A program made the position numbers and the translations under genes. Under the pieces are notes generated by a model that was given only the letters and a program-made list of their open reading frames with translations, was not told where the DNA came from and did not search any database. From SAR202 cluster bacterium (lineage in GTDB: Bacteria; Chloroflexota; Dehalococcoidia; Lucifugimonadales; UBA2962), in assembly GCA_009392275.1 (NCBI GenBank), contig VFGV01000012.1, positions 18,217-82,216 on the forward strand: a DNA stretch of 64,000 bases. The letters run 5' to 3'. This document shows, in pieces, positions 47,886 to 57,478 of this stretch (position 1 is its first letter; every line of letters starts with the position of its first letter).

Positions 47886-49223
47886 TCATACAAACCAGCC
47901 TGCAAACTCCGAGACTTTACTTTGATTAATTTTCCCATCAATATAGTCTTTAAATGCCTGTTCTAAAATGCTAACGCCTTCATCCACTTCATCTGTGGTT
48001 AGAACCAAGGGTGGCGTTATTTCTAATACATTTCCAGAGTTACCCACATAATAAAGTAATAAACCTAACTCCCAGGCTCTATAAACAATACTAGATGCTG
48101 CTTCCCGATTGGGAATTTTTGAAAACTTGTCCTGTACCAAGTCTACACCCTGTATTAAACCACGGCCTCTAATGTCGCCAACTATTCCATAATCTCCTAA
48201 TGCAGAAACCAATTTATCACCCAGATATTTTCCTGTAATTGCTGACTGCTCAACAAGATTTAGTCTTTCTATTTCATTCAAGGTCTCAAATCCAGCGATA
48301 CAGCACGCTGCATTACCAGATGTCGTAAATCCGGCAAACCCACTATCCAACACATCAGCTCTGCCTACGACCGCACTGAGTGGTAATCCCCCTCCTAATG
48401 ACTTTCCAAGCAATAATAAATCAGCTTCAATACCATAATGTTCATATGAGAACATCCTGCCTGTCCTCCCTAACCCAATCTTTATATCATCAATGACTAA
48501 TAAAATATTATGGGAATCACATAATTTTCTAAGAATGGGCATAAAATCGTCTGGCGGCACAACATCGCCACTATCGCTTTGTATAGTTTCCACAAATATA
48601 GCTGCTATATCGCTAGGTGGACAAATTGTTTTAAAAAGATAGTCCTCAATAAAGGAAGTGCATCGCTCTGCTAATCCTATTTGATCACCAGGAAAAGGTG
48701 ACCTATACGTGTCTGGAAACGGGGCTTTTATAACATGCGGGCCATACTTAACTCCTCCTGCCCCTGGCAAACCAGACAAGCCCATTCCGGTATCGTTTGT
48801 GCCGTGCATAGCACCAATAAATGACAAAATTCGACTTTTGCCAGAACTCGCCAAGACCATTCTTTGTGCAGCCTCTGCAGCATCTGATCCTGACAAACCA
48901 AACCAGGCCTTTTTATGGAAATCGCCTGGCATTAACTGGACAAGTTTTTCTGCTAATAGCAAAGCTGGTTCGTTAATACTAGACACTATCCCTGCATAAC
49001 TTGTATTTTCTAACTGTTTTTCTATAGCAATTTGTACATTTTTATTATCATATCCTAAATTAGCTAAAGCCCAATTGCCTCCGAAATCAAGATAACTGCG
49101 CCCTTTATCATCAATCAAACGTGATCCGGAACCAGATTGAATAACCATAGGGTTATACCTAACCTTGGTTGAGTTGGCAATCAACATATTATCTTTACGT
49201 ACTAGATCGCTACTGTGTTGCAT
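47886..49223 (-). CDS. Class III PLP aminotransferase family protein (GabT / amino-acid racemase-like)
   Basis: YLDF, FGLSGSDA, IQSDSG, DDIKIGLGRTG, GKSLGGG, RGRGL. Confidence 0.9.
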   Translation of the reverse strand: MQHSSDLVRKDNMLIANSTKVRYNPMVIQSGSGSRLIDDKGRSYLDFGGNWALANLGYDNKNVQIAIEKQLENTSYAGIVSSINEPALLLAEKLVQLMPGDFHKKAWFGLSGSDAAEAAQRMVLASSGKSRILSFIGAMHGTNDTGMGLSGLPGAGGVKYGPHVIKAPFPDTYRSPFPGDQIGLAERCTSFIEDYLFKTICPPSDIAAIFVETIQSDSGDVVPPDDFMPILRKLCDSHNILLVIDDIKIGLGRTGRMFSYEHYGIEADLLLLGKSLGGGLPLSAVVGRADVLDSGFAGFTTSGNAACCIAGFETLNEIERLNLVEQSAITGKYLGDKLVSALGDYGIVGDIRGRGLIQGVDLVQDKFSKIPNREAASSIVYRAWELGLLLYYVGNSGNVLEITPPLVLTTDEVDEGVSILEQAFKDYIDGKINQSKVSEFAGWFV

Positions 49224-49313
49224 TTAATTCCCCATTTTCGAGAGCTTATTAGAACCAATAATATTGTATAAGTAACGTTTCAGTCCATTATCATAAAAAA
49301 GTTAAGTTAGTGG

Positions 49314-50078
49314 TCAGATTGCTGTCATTCCTCCATCCACTATTAATTCACTTCCTGTCATGTATGAAGAATCATCTGATGCTAAGAATAATACTGTCTT
49401 AGCAATTTCAGAGGGCTCCGCCAGTCGGCCAAGTGGAACGTTTTCCGTTACCGTTTTTCTTATGCCAGGACTTGATTTCCATATCACCTCAACCATTGAC
49501 GTGTCTGTGGTAGCAGGATGCACAGAATTTATCCTTATATTATCTTTTGCCGTATGAAGAGCTGCAGATTTTGTAAATAACCTAACTGCTCCCTTCGAAG
49601 CTGTATACGCACCTTCAAAAGGGCTACCTGTGATACCTGATGTAGATGACATATTTATGATTGAACCTGAACCAGTAGCTCTCATTAGCGGCAGCGCTAA
49701 TTTAGTTCCAATAAAAACCCCGGTCGCATTAACATTAATTACATTCTGCCAATCAGACAAGGTGGTTTCTTCTATATCTTTCAATAGGTATATACCGGCA
49801 TTATTTACAAGAATATCTAGCCTTTGGAATTTAGTTTCGACATGTTTGTAGAGATCACTCCAAGATTCTTCTTTGGTTACATCTAATCTAAAATATGTGA
49901 CTTTGTCAGCTTCGGGATTTATTTCGTTAATTGCTGCCATTGCTAAATGTTCCGACAGGTCTGCTATGATTACTTTTGCTCCCTCTGCTATTAGACACCT
50001 GCAGATTTCTTTACCTATACCTCCTCCCCCTCCAGTTACGATGGCAACTCTGCTATTTAATTTTTTGTAACTGCTCAT
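49314..50078 (-). CDS. Classical short-chain dehydrogenase/reductase
   Basis: TGGGGGIG, NNAG, YTASK, IRINSVHP; start at ATG 50078 after AAGGTGA. Confidence 0.95.
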   Translation of the reverse strand: MSSYKKLNSRVAIVTGGGGGIGKEICRCLIAEGAKVIIADLSEHLAMAAINEINPEADKVTYFRLDVTKEESWSDLYKHVETKFQRLDILVNNAGIYLLKDIEETTLSDWQNVINVNATGVFIGTKLALPLMRATGSGSIINMSSTSGITGSPFEGAYTASKGAVRLFTKSAALHTAKDNIRINSVHPATTDTSMVEVIWKSSPGIRKTVTENVPLGRLAEPSEIAKTVLFLASDDSSYMTGSELIVDGGMTAI

Positions 50079-50129
50079 TATCGTCACCTTTCTGAAATTC
50101 AAATCATCTTGTAATTATTTATGATTTAA

Positions 50130-51047
50130 TTAAAACACCGCGACCGGGTTAACAGGGGAACCCGTACCTCCTTTTACTATAAGTGGGTTTATTGTCACCA
50201 TGAATTCATAAGTTTTATTGTCATTACAAAACTTAGCTAAATTATCTAATCGAGCTCCATCGACAATTGCTAGTCCGTAAGCATGAATAGCTCCATGGAT
50301 AGTCCAAGCAAGATCATATTCATTTGGATGAGCATCTTCCATATCCCATAACAAAACCGATATATCATTATCTCTGATAAATGGGAGGCACGATGCGTGC
50401 AATCCCGGATATCCATTTTCCATATTACCACCATAAGGCCCATTTTCAGCTTCATAAGCTTCTTTGCCACAATAAACAAGCAAAGCGTCTCCTGGACTTA
50501 GTTTTAAGTTTTGAGAAGCAGCAATGTCTTCTAGTTCCCATCCATGTACTGGTTGATCTATATCAACATAATCAGTTCCTCTATGTCTAGGTACGTCAAT
50601 AAGTATGCCTCGCGTTAAAATGCCTCTCTGCCAAGCCTCAATACCACCAAATGTTGCGCCATCAAATGTCAAAATTTCATCCGGTTTCTTTCCTTCCCAC
50701 ATGCCATATCTATCCCATACATGACATAATGCGTCGAGGTGTGTAACGGTTAATCCGTGTTGGAAAAGTCCAATATAGTCTAGAACACCGCCGCCCTCAT
50801 CAATCCAATCCAATTTTTTTAGATAGAAATCTACAGGTCTAGCGTTGGCAGATGACGATTCTACCGGCAAAGCATTTGATAATGATATTGACTCCCCGGT
50901 TTTAACCAAACGAGATGCTTCAACTATTTTCTTCGAAGTTATCAGATTAATAGTGCCTGCTGATGGGTTTTCTTTCCATCTTCCCCAATTCCTTCTGTCA
51001 GACAGGTAGCCTTCGACTTGTTGGCGGGTGGGAATTTCTCGTCGCAT
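50130..51047 (-). CDS. Cyclase family metal-dependent hydrolase
   Basis: NWGRW, GTIN, THLDALCH, RGILIDVP, GGTGSPVNP. Confidence 0.9.
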   Translation of the reverse strand: MRREIPTRQQVEGYLSDRRNWGRWKENPSAGTINLITSKKIVEASRLVKTGESISLSNALPVESSSANARPVDFYLKKLDWIDEGGGVLDYIGLFQHGLTVTHLDALCHVWDRYGMWEGKKPDEILTFDGATFGGIEAWQRGILTRGILIDVPRHRGTDYVDIDQPVHGWELEDIAASQNLKLSPGDALLVYCGKEAYEAENGPYGGNMENGYPGLHASCLPFIRDNDISVLLWDMEDAHPNEYDLAWTIHGAIHAYGLAIVDGARLDNLAKFCNDNKTYEFMVTINPLIVKGGTGSPVNPVAVF

Positions 51048-51098
51048 TTTTCGTCCCCTTTTTAATATATAGTGATCGATATACTATACACAATAAAT

Positions 51099-51175
51099 TG
51101 GTACCGCGTACGGGATTCGAACCCGTGATCTCCGCCTTGAGAGGGCGGTGTCCTTGGCCACTAGACGAACGCGGC
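51099..51175 (-). tRNA. tRNA-Glu(CTC), CCA encoded
   Basis: Reverse complement GCCGCGTTCGTCTAGTGGCCAAGGACACCGCCCTCTCAAGGCGGAGATCACGGGTTCGAATCCCGTACGCGGTACCA. Confidence 0.95.
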
Positions 51176-51195
51176 ATATTATTAACAATGCGATT

Positions 51196-51269
51196 TGGCT
51201 GGGGATCGAGGATTCGAACCTCGACTTACAGATTCAGAGTCTGTTGTCCTACCATTAGACGAATCCCCA
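51196..51269 (-). tRNA. tRNA-Gln(CTG), CCA encoded
   Basis: Reverse complement TGGGGATTCGTCTAATGGTAGGACAACAGACTCTGAATCTGTAAGTCGAGGTTCGAATCCTCGATCCCCAGCCA. Confidence 0.95.
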
Positions 51270-51320
51270 TAAGAAACTTTTATTTTAACAAACTTTTTTA
51301 ACTTAACTTACATGTTGAAT

Positions 51321-51821
51321 TTAATGTCGAAGAGTAAATTGTTGCTTAGTCAATGATGCCAATTCTATCGCTGCCAATGCGGCTTCACTGCCAAGGTTGC
51401 CTTTATCTCCCCCAGATCGAGACTTTGCTTGATCTAAATTTTCCGTAGTTAGAATTCCAAATGTTATCGGTATATGATGATCTAAAGAGACTTTAGTAAT
51501 TCCTTCGGCTACTTGTGTCGAAACTATATCATAATGAGAAGTTTCTCCTCTAATAACACAACCAATAGCAATCAATGCATTAAAATCACCTGATCTAGCC
51601 AACAATTGAGCAGTATAAGGCACCTCTAACGCTCCGGGTACATCAATAACCTTTATATCGCTATCTTGCACTCCTAAATCAATCAAAGTTGTTTTTGCGC
51701 CTTTTAGCAAGTCCGATGTAATTGAAGTGTTAAACCTAGAAACAATAACCCCAAACTTTAAGCCAGTACCATTCAATTTTGAATTGTCTTCAGGCAATTG
51801 ATTTGGTTGAGTTTTGGTCAT
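51321..51821 (-). CDS. ribH: 6,7-dimethyl-8-ribityllumazine synthase
   Basis: SRFN, VPGALEVP, GCVIRGETSHY, FGILT. Confidence 0.97.
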   Translation of the reverse strand: MTKTQPNQLPEDNSKLNGTGLKFGVIVSRFNTSITSDLLKGAKTTLIDLGVQDSDIKVIDVPGALEVPYTAQLLARSGDFNALIAIGCVIRGETSHYDIVSTQVAEGITKVSLDHHIPITFGILTTENLDQAKSRSGGDKGNLGSEAALAAIELASLTKQQFTLRH

Positions 51822-53056
51822 TTATTCCTCTTGGTCTTTTTAACTGGCTCAATCAAGTGTCCCATCTTTAACCTTTTGGTTTCCAGATATTCTCGATTCT
51901 GTTCATTGGGTTCAACATTAATAGGAACTCGCTCGGTTAGCTCAAGTCCATAGCTTTCTAAACCAACAACTTTTTTAGGATTGTTGGTCATCAATTTCAA
52001 TTTCCGTACTCCAAGTTCAACTAAAATTTGTGCTCCCACTCCATAGTGTCTTAAATCGGGAGGAAAACCCAAAGATATATTTGCATCGACAGTATCCAAT
52101 CCATTGTCCTGTAGATTGTACGCTTTTAATTTATTATGAATCCCAATACCTCTACCCTCCTGCCTCATATACAAAAACACTCCGGATCCTTCTTTATCAA
52201 TATTCTGTAAAGCGATTGAAGCTTGTTGACCACAGTCACAGCGAATACTTTCGAAAACATCACCAGTTAGACATTCGGAATGCACGCGTACTAATGTCGG
52301 ACTTTCGGAATCAATCTCTCCTTTAATCAAAGCAACGTGTTCATCGGAATCCACCTTGCTCTTATATGATATAGCTGTAAATTCACCATAACGGGTTGGC
52401 AAGCGTGCCTCAGCCACTCGTTCTACTAATTTTTCGTTAATCCTTCTATAGGCAATAATGTCAGCAACTGAAACCAGGTTCAGGTTATGTGTTTTTGCAA
52501 ATTCCTTTAACTTTGGCAAACGTGCCATACTTCCATCAGAATCTATGATCTCACAGATTATTCCAGCGGGTTTTAAATTTGCTAGTTTTGTTAAATCAAC
52601 AATAGCTTCCGTTTGGCCCGCTCTTACCAAAACACCTCCTTCCATGTATTGTAATGGGAAAACATGTCCTGGACGTGCTAAGTCATCAGGTTTAGTTTCA
52701 TCGGAAACCAAAGCTCGAATTGTCGCTGATCTATCGTGCGCTGATATCCCTGTAGTCGCTCCGTCTAATACATCTACAGAAACAGTAAAAGCAGTCTCAT
52801 GTCTAGCCGTATTATCTTGAACCATCATCGGTAATCTCAATTTTTTTAGTCTGGATTCAGTTAAAGGAGTGCATATCAAACCCCTCCCCTCGACGCTCAT
52901 AAAATTAATGGCTTCCGGAGTTACAAGCTCAGCAGCCATTGCAAGATCACCTTCGTTTTCTCTATCTTCATCATCAATAATAATCACCATCTTGCCGTTT
53001 CTAATATCTTTAATAGCGGTTTCAACAGGCGATATAAATGTATCGTTTTGATTCAT
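51818..53056 (-). CDS. ribBA: Bifunctional DHBP synthase / GTP cyclohydrolase II
   Basis: DDEDRENEGD, AFTVSVD, TTGISA, RVHSECLTGD, RCDCG, QEGRGIG, MTNNP. Confidence 0.97.
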   Translation of the reverse strand: MNQNDTFISPVETAIKDIRNGKMVIIIDDEDRENEGDLAMAAELVTPEAINFMSVEGRGLICTPLTESRLKKLRLPMMVQDNTARHETAFTVSVDVLDGATTGISAHDRSATIRALVSDETKPDDLARPGHVFPLQYMEGGVLVRAGQTEAIVDLTKLANLKPAGIICEIIDSDGSMARLPKLKEFAKTHNLNLVSVADIIAYRRINEKLVERVAEARLPTRYGEFTAISYKSKVDSDEHVALIKGEIDSESPTLVRVHSECLTGDVFESIRCDCGQQASIALQNIDKEGSGVFLYMRQEGRGIGIHNKLKAYNLQDNGLDTVDANISLGFPPDLRHYGVGAQILVELGVRKLKLMTNNPKKVVGLESYGLELTERVPINVEPNEQNREYLETKRLKMGHLIEPVKKTKRNK

Positions 53057-53087
53057 AAGTAAATACTACTAGAAATATCTAATGTTT

Positions 53088-53663
53088 TTAACTGTTTATA
53101 AGTTTTTCGGCGTACTTAGCGAATAGATCCAATTCTAAATTAACAGAATCGCCTACGATCAACTCGCCTAAAGTGGTATTTTTTGAAGTATGAGGAATTA
53201 ATGCTATTGAAAAAGTTTCTGGCTGACACTCTACAATTGTCAAACTCACTCCATCCAATGCTACAAACCCTTTTGTTACCATATATCTCATATCTAAGGC
53301 GGCTGCCTTAAAAGTTATTATTTGTGAATCTGATTCCTCTAGGATCGATGCAACCTGTACAGTATTATCAATATGACCTTGAACAATATGTCCATCAAAC
53401 GAACCAGTTACCGGAACCGGCAATTCCAAATTCACTTTCGAATTAACCTTTAAATATCCCAAATTTGTTTTTCTTCGAGTCTCATCAACTATGTCAACGG
53501 TAAATTGCTCATTCAAAAATGATGTAATAGTTAAACATGCGCCTTTTACACTTACACTGCCTCCAATTGTCAATCGATCCGTAAATTTCTCTGCTGAAAT
53601 GGAGACACTATTCCCATCTATTGAAGTGACAACTCCGATAGTTTCTACGATTCCTGTAAACAT
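53088..53663 (-). CDS. ribE: Riboflavin synthase (alpha chain)
   Basis: MFTGIV, GACLT, GHIVQGHID, DGVSLT, VNLE. Confidence 0.97.
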   Translation of the reverse strand: MFTGIVETIGVVTSIDGNSVSISAEKFTDRLTIGGSVSVKGACLTITSFLNEQFTVDIVDETRRKTNLGYLKVNSKVNLELPVPVTGSFDGHIVQGHIDNTVQVASILEESDSQIITFKAAALDMRYMVTKGFVALDGVSLTIVECQPETFSIALIPHTSKNTTLGELIVGDSVNLELDLFAKYAEKLINS

Positions 53664-53669
53664 TATCTT

Positions 53670-54770
53670 TTAAGGATATCCGATAATAGCAATATCATCA
53701 CCAAATTTCTGGATGTGAGAACTTTTAAACTTCAACGACTCTGAAATATTATCAATACCAGATCCCGCTATAGGGCCAATTGAATCAGACCCTCCTATAA
53801 CTATTGGAGCTATAAATACAACAAATTTATCTACAATTCCTAGATCTACAATATTTCCTGAAATACGACTTCCTCCTTCAATCAAAATTGTGTGAATTCC
53901 TCTATCTCGTAATATCCGTATCACTGCAAGCAAATCCACCCCATTCTCGTTTCTAGCAACCTTTGTGACACCTATGCCTATAGACTCCAAATGTTTTTGT
54001 TTATCGGGCTCTATTTCTACACAAGCTATTAATGTGTCCCCTCCATCATTTAAAAGCTTTGATTCCAAAGGAATCCTGCCATCTGTATCAATCACGACAC
54101 GCAAAGGCTGCATATCCAAGTTTTCTCCATTCACATCTCTGGCAGTCAACTGTGGGTTATCCGATATAACTGTTTCAATACCTACAATCACAACGTCTGA
54201 CCTATATCTCATTCTGTGGACTTCCTCTCTAGATTGCTCTCCTGAAATCCACTTTGATTTACCAGTTGAAGTGGCAATTTTGCCATCAATGCTCATTGCA
54301 TATTTTAGAGTTATAAAGGGATCACCAGTAACAATATTTTTTTCATAACTCTCCACAAGTTCCTGAACCTGAGATACCATTTCTTCAACTTCCCACATGA
54401 GAACTTCAATTCCAGATTCTTGTAATTTATTTATTCCTTGCCCATTCTCGTTAGGGTTAGGATCTAAAATAGCAATATGCAATTTAGATATTCCAGAAGA
54501 AATGATTCGGTCAACACATGGTGGAGTCCTGCCAAACAAACTGCATGGCTCCAGAGTCACATACATTTCAGCGCCCATTGAAGCTTTGCCAGCTTGTTTC
54601 ATCGCTACAACTTCGGCGTGGTCGTTGCCTGGTTTTTGAGTTGAACCCAATCCAACAATTTTACCCTCACTAACTATGACCGCTCCGACAGGAGGATTAG
54701 GTGCGGTTTTACCATAAACTGATACAGCAGCAATAATTGCTTGCTGCATGTAATCAATTTGCGATCCCAC
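53670..54770 (-). CDS. ribD: Bifunctional riboflavin deaminase/reductase
   Basis: PNPPVG, HAE, TLEPC...TPPC, SIDGKIA, DNPQL, IEGG. Confidence 0.97.
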   Translation of the reverse strand: MGSQIDYMQQAIIAAVSVYGKTAPNPPVGAVIVSEGKIVGLGSTQKPGNDHAEVVAMKQAGKASMGAEMYVTLEPCSLFGRTPPCVDRIISSGISKLHIAILDPNPNENGQGINKLQESGIEVLMWEVEEMVSQVQELVESYEKNIVTGDPFITLKYAMSIDGKIATSTGKSKWISGEQSREEVHRMRYRSDVVIVGIETVISDNPQLTARDVNGENLDMQPLRVVIDTDGRIPLESKLLNDGGDTLIACVEIEPDKQKHLESIGIGVTKVARNENGVDLLAVIRILRDRGIHTILIEGGSRISGNIVDLGIVDKFVVFIAPIVIGGSDSIGPIAGSGIDNISESLKFKSSHIQKFGDDIAIIGYP

Positions 54771-54776
54771 GATATA

Positions 54777-55343
54777 TCATTCCTGAAAGTTTCTATGCAT
54801 ACGACTAGCTGTTGGCTCTGTTTGACCTAAATATTTACTGTTTAGCGCATCAGATCCATAAACGTTTTCGGCGGCTGTGCTCAGTCTCAAAAAAGACAAC
54901 TGGCCAATAGGCATACCAAAGTAAAGAGTTATAGGTAAGCTAGCAACATTACTTAATTCAAGGGTTAAATGGCCCTTCCATCCAGGGTCAACATATCCTG
55001 CAGTAGAATGGATTAAAAGGCCTATTCTACCCAACGAACTTTTCCCTTCCAGTCGAGCAACGATATCAGCCGGAATCTCAATATGCTCTAATGTTGATGC
55101 CAATACAAACTCACCTGGATGTAAAATGAATGGCTGATCTTTTGTTATCTCCTCCGGTTCAGTTAGATCGCTAACGTCTTGGCGTACATCTATGTAAGGC
55201 AGTCTAGAGTTCCTAAAAACTAAAACTCTTCTGTCTAGCCGGACATCTACACTGGCAGGCTGAATATTTATTGGATCAAGGGGATCAATAACTATACGAC
55301 CTGCTTCGATTTCTTCTTTAATTGTGCGGTCACTTAAAACCAT
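54777..55343 (-). CDS. dcd: dCTP deaminase
   Basis: [40 protein letters not shown]. Confidence 0.95.
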   Translation of the reverse strand: MVLSDRTIKEEIEAGRIVIDPLDPINIQPASVDVRLDRRVLVFRNSRLPYIDVRQDVSDLTEPEEITKDQPFILHPGEFVLASTLEHIEIPADIVARLEGKSSLGRIGLLIHSTAGYVDPGWKGHLTLELSNVASLPITLYFGMPIGQLSFLRLSTAAENVYGSDALNSKYLGQTEPTASRMHRNFQE

Positions 55344-55363
55344 AACTTTTCACCTTATTTACA

Positions 55364-55393
55364 ATTCTAGCAACGGTATTTCAACCTGAACAA
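55364..55393 (-). promoter_or_regulatory. Candidate promoter for the dcd-rib operon
   Basis: Minus strand TTGTTC, 18 bp, TAGAAT, with an extended -10 TG. Confidence 0.45.
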
Positions 55394-55469
55394 TAATCTA
55401 TCATTAATTAAATAACAATTAATATAAATTCTTACATAAGATCTCTTAACTGACGATTTCTAAATAGTG

Positions 55470-55496
55470 AATTATACGTTTGTGAAACGTATAATT
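55470..55496. promoter_or_regulatory. Perfect 12-bp inverted repeat overlapping a TATAAT upstream of lepB
   Basis: AATTATACGTTT-GTG-AAACGTATAATT. Confidence 0.55.
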
Positions 55497-55519
55497 TATT
55501 AAATAACTAAAACTTTGCC

Positions 55520-56092
55520 ATGTCAGACATCAAGAAAATACCTACAATTAAAAGCTTCATTAAAGAAGTTTTTCAAACTATTATTTTAGGTATAGCCATA
55601 TTTGCTATTCTACAAGTCAGTCTTCAACCATATAAAGTTGAGGGCAGTAGCATGCATCCCACAATGGAATCTGGTGATTTCGTGATTGTTAACAAAATAA
55701 CTTATTGGGAAATACCTTTTTATGAAAGTATTAACCATCAATATCTTTTCACTGGTCCAAGGAGAGGTGACCTGGTCGTTTTTGATTACCCTTTTGATCC
55801 ATCTCGAAAATTTGTTAAAAGGGTAATAGCAATTCCGGGAGACACCTTAGAAATTAAGTCTGGGTCGGTAATTATCAATAGCAAGGTTATTAATGAACCA
55901 TACGTGTATCACCCCTCTTATGACAATGTGCGTCCAATTACGATACCAAGAGGCTCTTATTATGTTCTTGGAGATAATAGACAAAACAGCCAAGACTCAA
56001 GGTCATTTGGTTTAATTTCATCTGAAAATATTTCAGGTAAGGCCTTAATAAGCTATTGGCCTATTTCTAATTTAGTTGATGATCTAAGATAA
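55520..56092 (+). CDS. lepB: Signal peptidase I
   Basis: GSSMHPT (Ser), RGDLVVF, FVKRVIAIPGD (Lys), GDNRQNSQDSR. Confidence 0.95.
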   Translation: MSDIKKIPTIKSFIKEVFQTIILGIAIFAILQVSLQPYKVEGSSMHPTMESGDFVIVNKITYWEIPFYESINHQYLFTGPRRGDLVVFDYPFDPSRKFVKRVIAIPGDTLEIKSGSVIINSKVINEPYVYHPSYDNVRPITIPRGSYYVLGDNRQNSQDSRSFGLISSENISGKALISYWPISNLVDDLR

Positions 56093-56188
56093 TTAATAAT
56101 CATCTTAAAAACGTATATCAAAAATTGCACCAAAAGTGTTGAATAGACAATAGAGTCAATTTGATTAAATAAATTCTCGCACTTTCCA

Positions 56189-56262
56189 GGGCCTGTAGCT
56201 CAGTTGGTCAGAGCACCGGACTTTTAATCCGGGTGTCCAGGGTTCGAATCCCTGCGGGCCCA
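56189..56262 (+). tRNA. tRNA-Lys(TTT); CCA not encoded
   Basis: GGGCCTGTAGCTCAGTTGGTCAGAGCACCGGACTTTTAATCCGGGTGTCCAGGGTTCGAATCCCTGCGGGCCCA. Confidence 0.95.
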
Positions 56263-56387
56263 CGCTTTCCTACAAGACTTCGAGTTATTTATAGCAGATG
56301 AAAGTCACTTGTATGGAAATAGGATCCATGCCAGACTTACAATATTTGATTCTAGTTAAGACAAACATAGAAACTTGGATATTTAAA

Positions 56388-57413
56388 ATGAAAATGCCAT
56401 ATTTAAGTAAAGAGGAATTAAAAGCTAAAATTGATTCTTTGCCCAGAATAAATATCGCCTTACTTCCCACACCACTGCAAGAGGCTCACAGGTTATCTGA
56501 AAAACTTGGCGTGCGTATATTAATCAAAAGAGAGGATTTAACTGGTTTAGCCATGGGCGGCAATAAAGTTCGACACATGGACTTCTGTATGGCTGACGCT
56601 CTGCAGAAAGGTGCTGACGTTTCTTTAAATATTAATCCGTGGATGTCTAATAACGCCCGCATTATTGGAGCCGCTTCTAAAATGGTTGGTCTCGATTATA
56701 TTAATATTGCTCCTGCAAGTAAGTTTCGACCAATACAAGGTAACCTACTGATTCAGGATATTATAGGAACAGATTTACACCTTTTAGATACAGCTAATCA
56801 TGATGAGGTCAACGAATATGTTGATAAATTAGAAACGAAGTTAATTGAACAAGGTAAAACTGTTTACAATCATGTTAAAGAACATATGTCTCGATCATCA
56901 GCAACAATCTCATACATGGAAGCGACATTAGAGATTGAAGAACAATTAGCCAATTTTAATGTTGCGGAAAATTTAGAGGTTTTTGTAGCCAGTGGAGGTG
57001 CACAGGGTGGATTAATGCTAGCTTCACAATCATTAAATTTACCATGGAATGTACATGGAGTAATTGTAGGCAAGCCTGAAGAATCGTACGCAGACGTTGT
57101 GACTTGGTCGAACAATGCTTTGAATCATTTAGGCTTTACAGAACGCTTAGACTGGAGTGATGTAGAACAGCTCGATAAGTATATAGGGCCAGGCTACGCA
57201 ATTCCTGGGGATGATTGTATCGAAGCAATAAGAATGGTGGCTGAGTTAGAGGGCATTTTACTTGACCCTGTTTATACAGGCAAAGTAATGGCAGCTGTGA
57301 TTGATTACGCCAGAACAGGTAAATTCAAGCAAGAGGATACTGTTTTGTTTATCCATACTGGAGGTCTTCCTGAACTATTTGATTTTGCAGATGAATTAAA
57401 ACGACGCGACTAG
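56388..57413 (+). CDS. D-cysteine desulfhydrase / ACC deaminase family PLP enzyme (divergent)
   Basis: PTPLQ, KREDLTGLAMGGNKVR, GPGY, EGILLDPVYTGK, FIHTGG; start probably ATG 56388 or 56394. Confidence 0.88.
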   Translation: MKMPYLSKEELKAKIDSLPRINIALLPTPLQEAHRLSEKLGVRILIKREDLTGLAMGGNKVRHMDFCMADALQKGADVSLNINPWMSNNARIIGAASKMVGLDYINIAPASKFRPIQGNLLIQDIIGTDLHLLDTANHDEVNEYVDKLETKLIEQGKTVYNHVKEHMSRSSATISYMEATLEIEEQLANFNVAENLEVFVASGGAQGGLMLASQSLNLPWNVHGVIVGKPEESYADVVTWSNNALNHLGFTERLDWSDVEQLDKYIGPGYAIPGDDCIEAIRMVAELEGILLDPVYTGKVMAAVIDYARTGKFKQEDTVLFIHTGGLPELFDFADELKRRD

Positions 57414-57478
57414 ACATAGCATTTGTTGATAACATGTGAATTCTGGACTTAATTACTATAAAAAATGGAGGACTTTTT

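Noticed and set aside
50963-51301. 112-aa + strand ORF
   Set aside because: Antisense across two tRNA genes.
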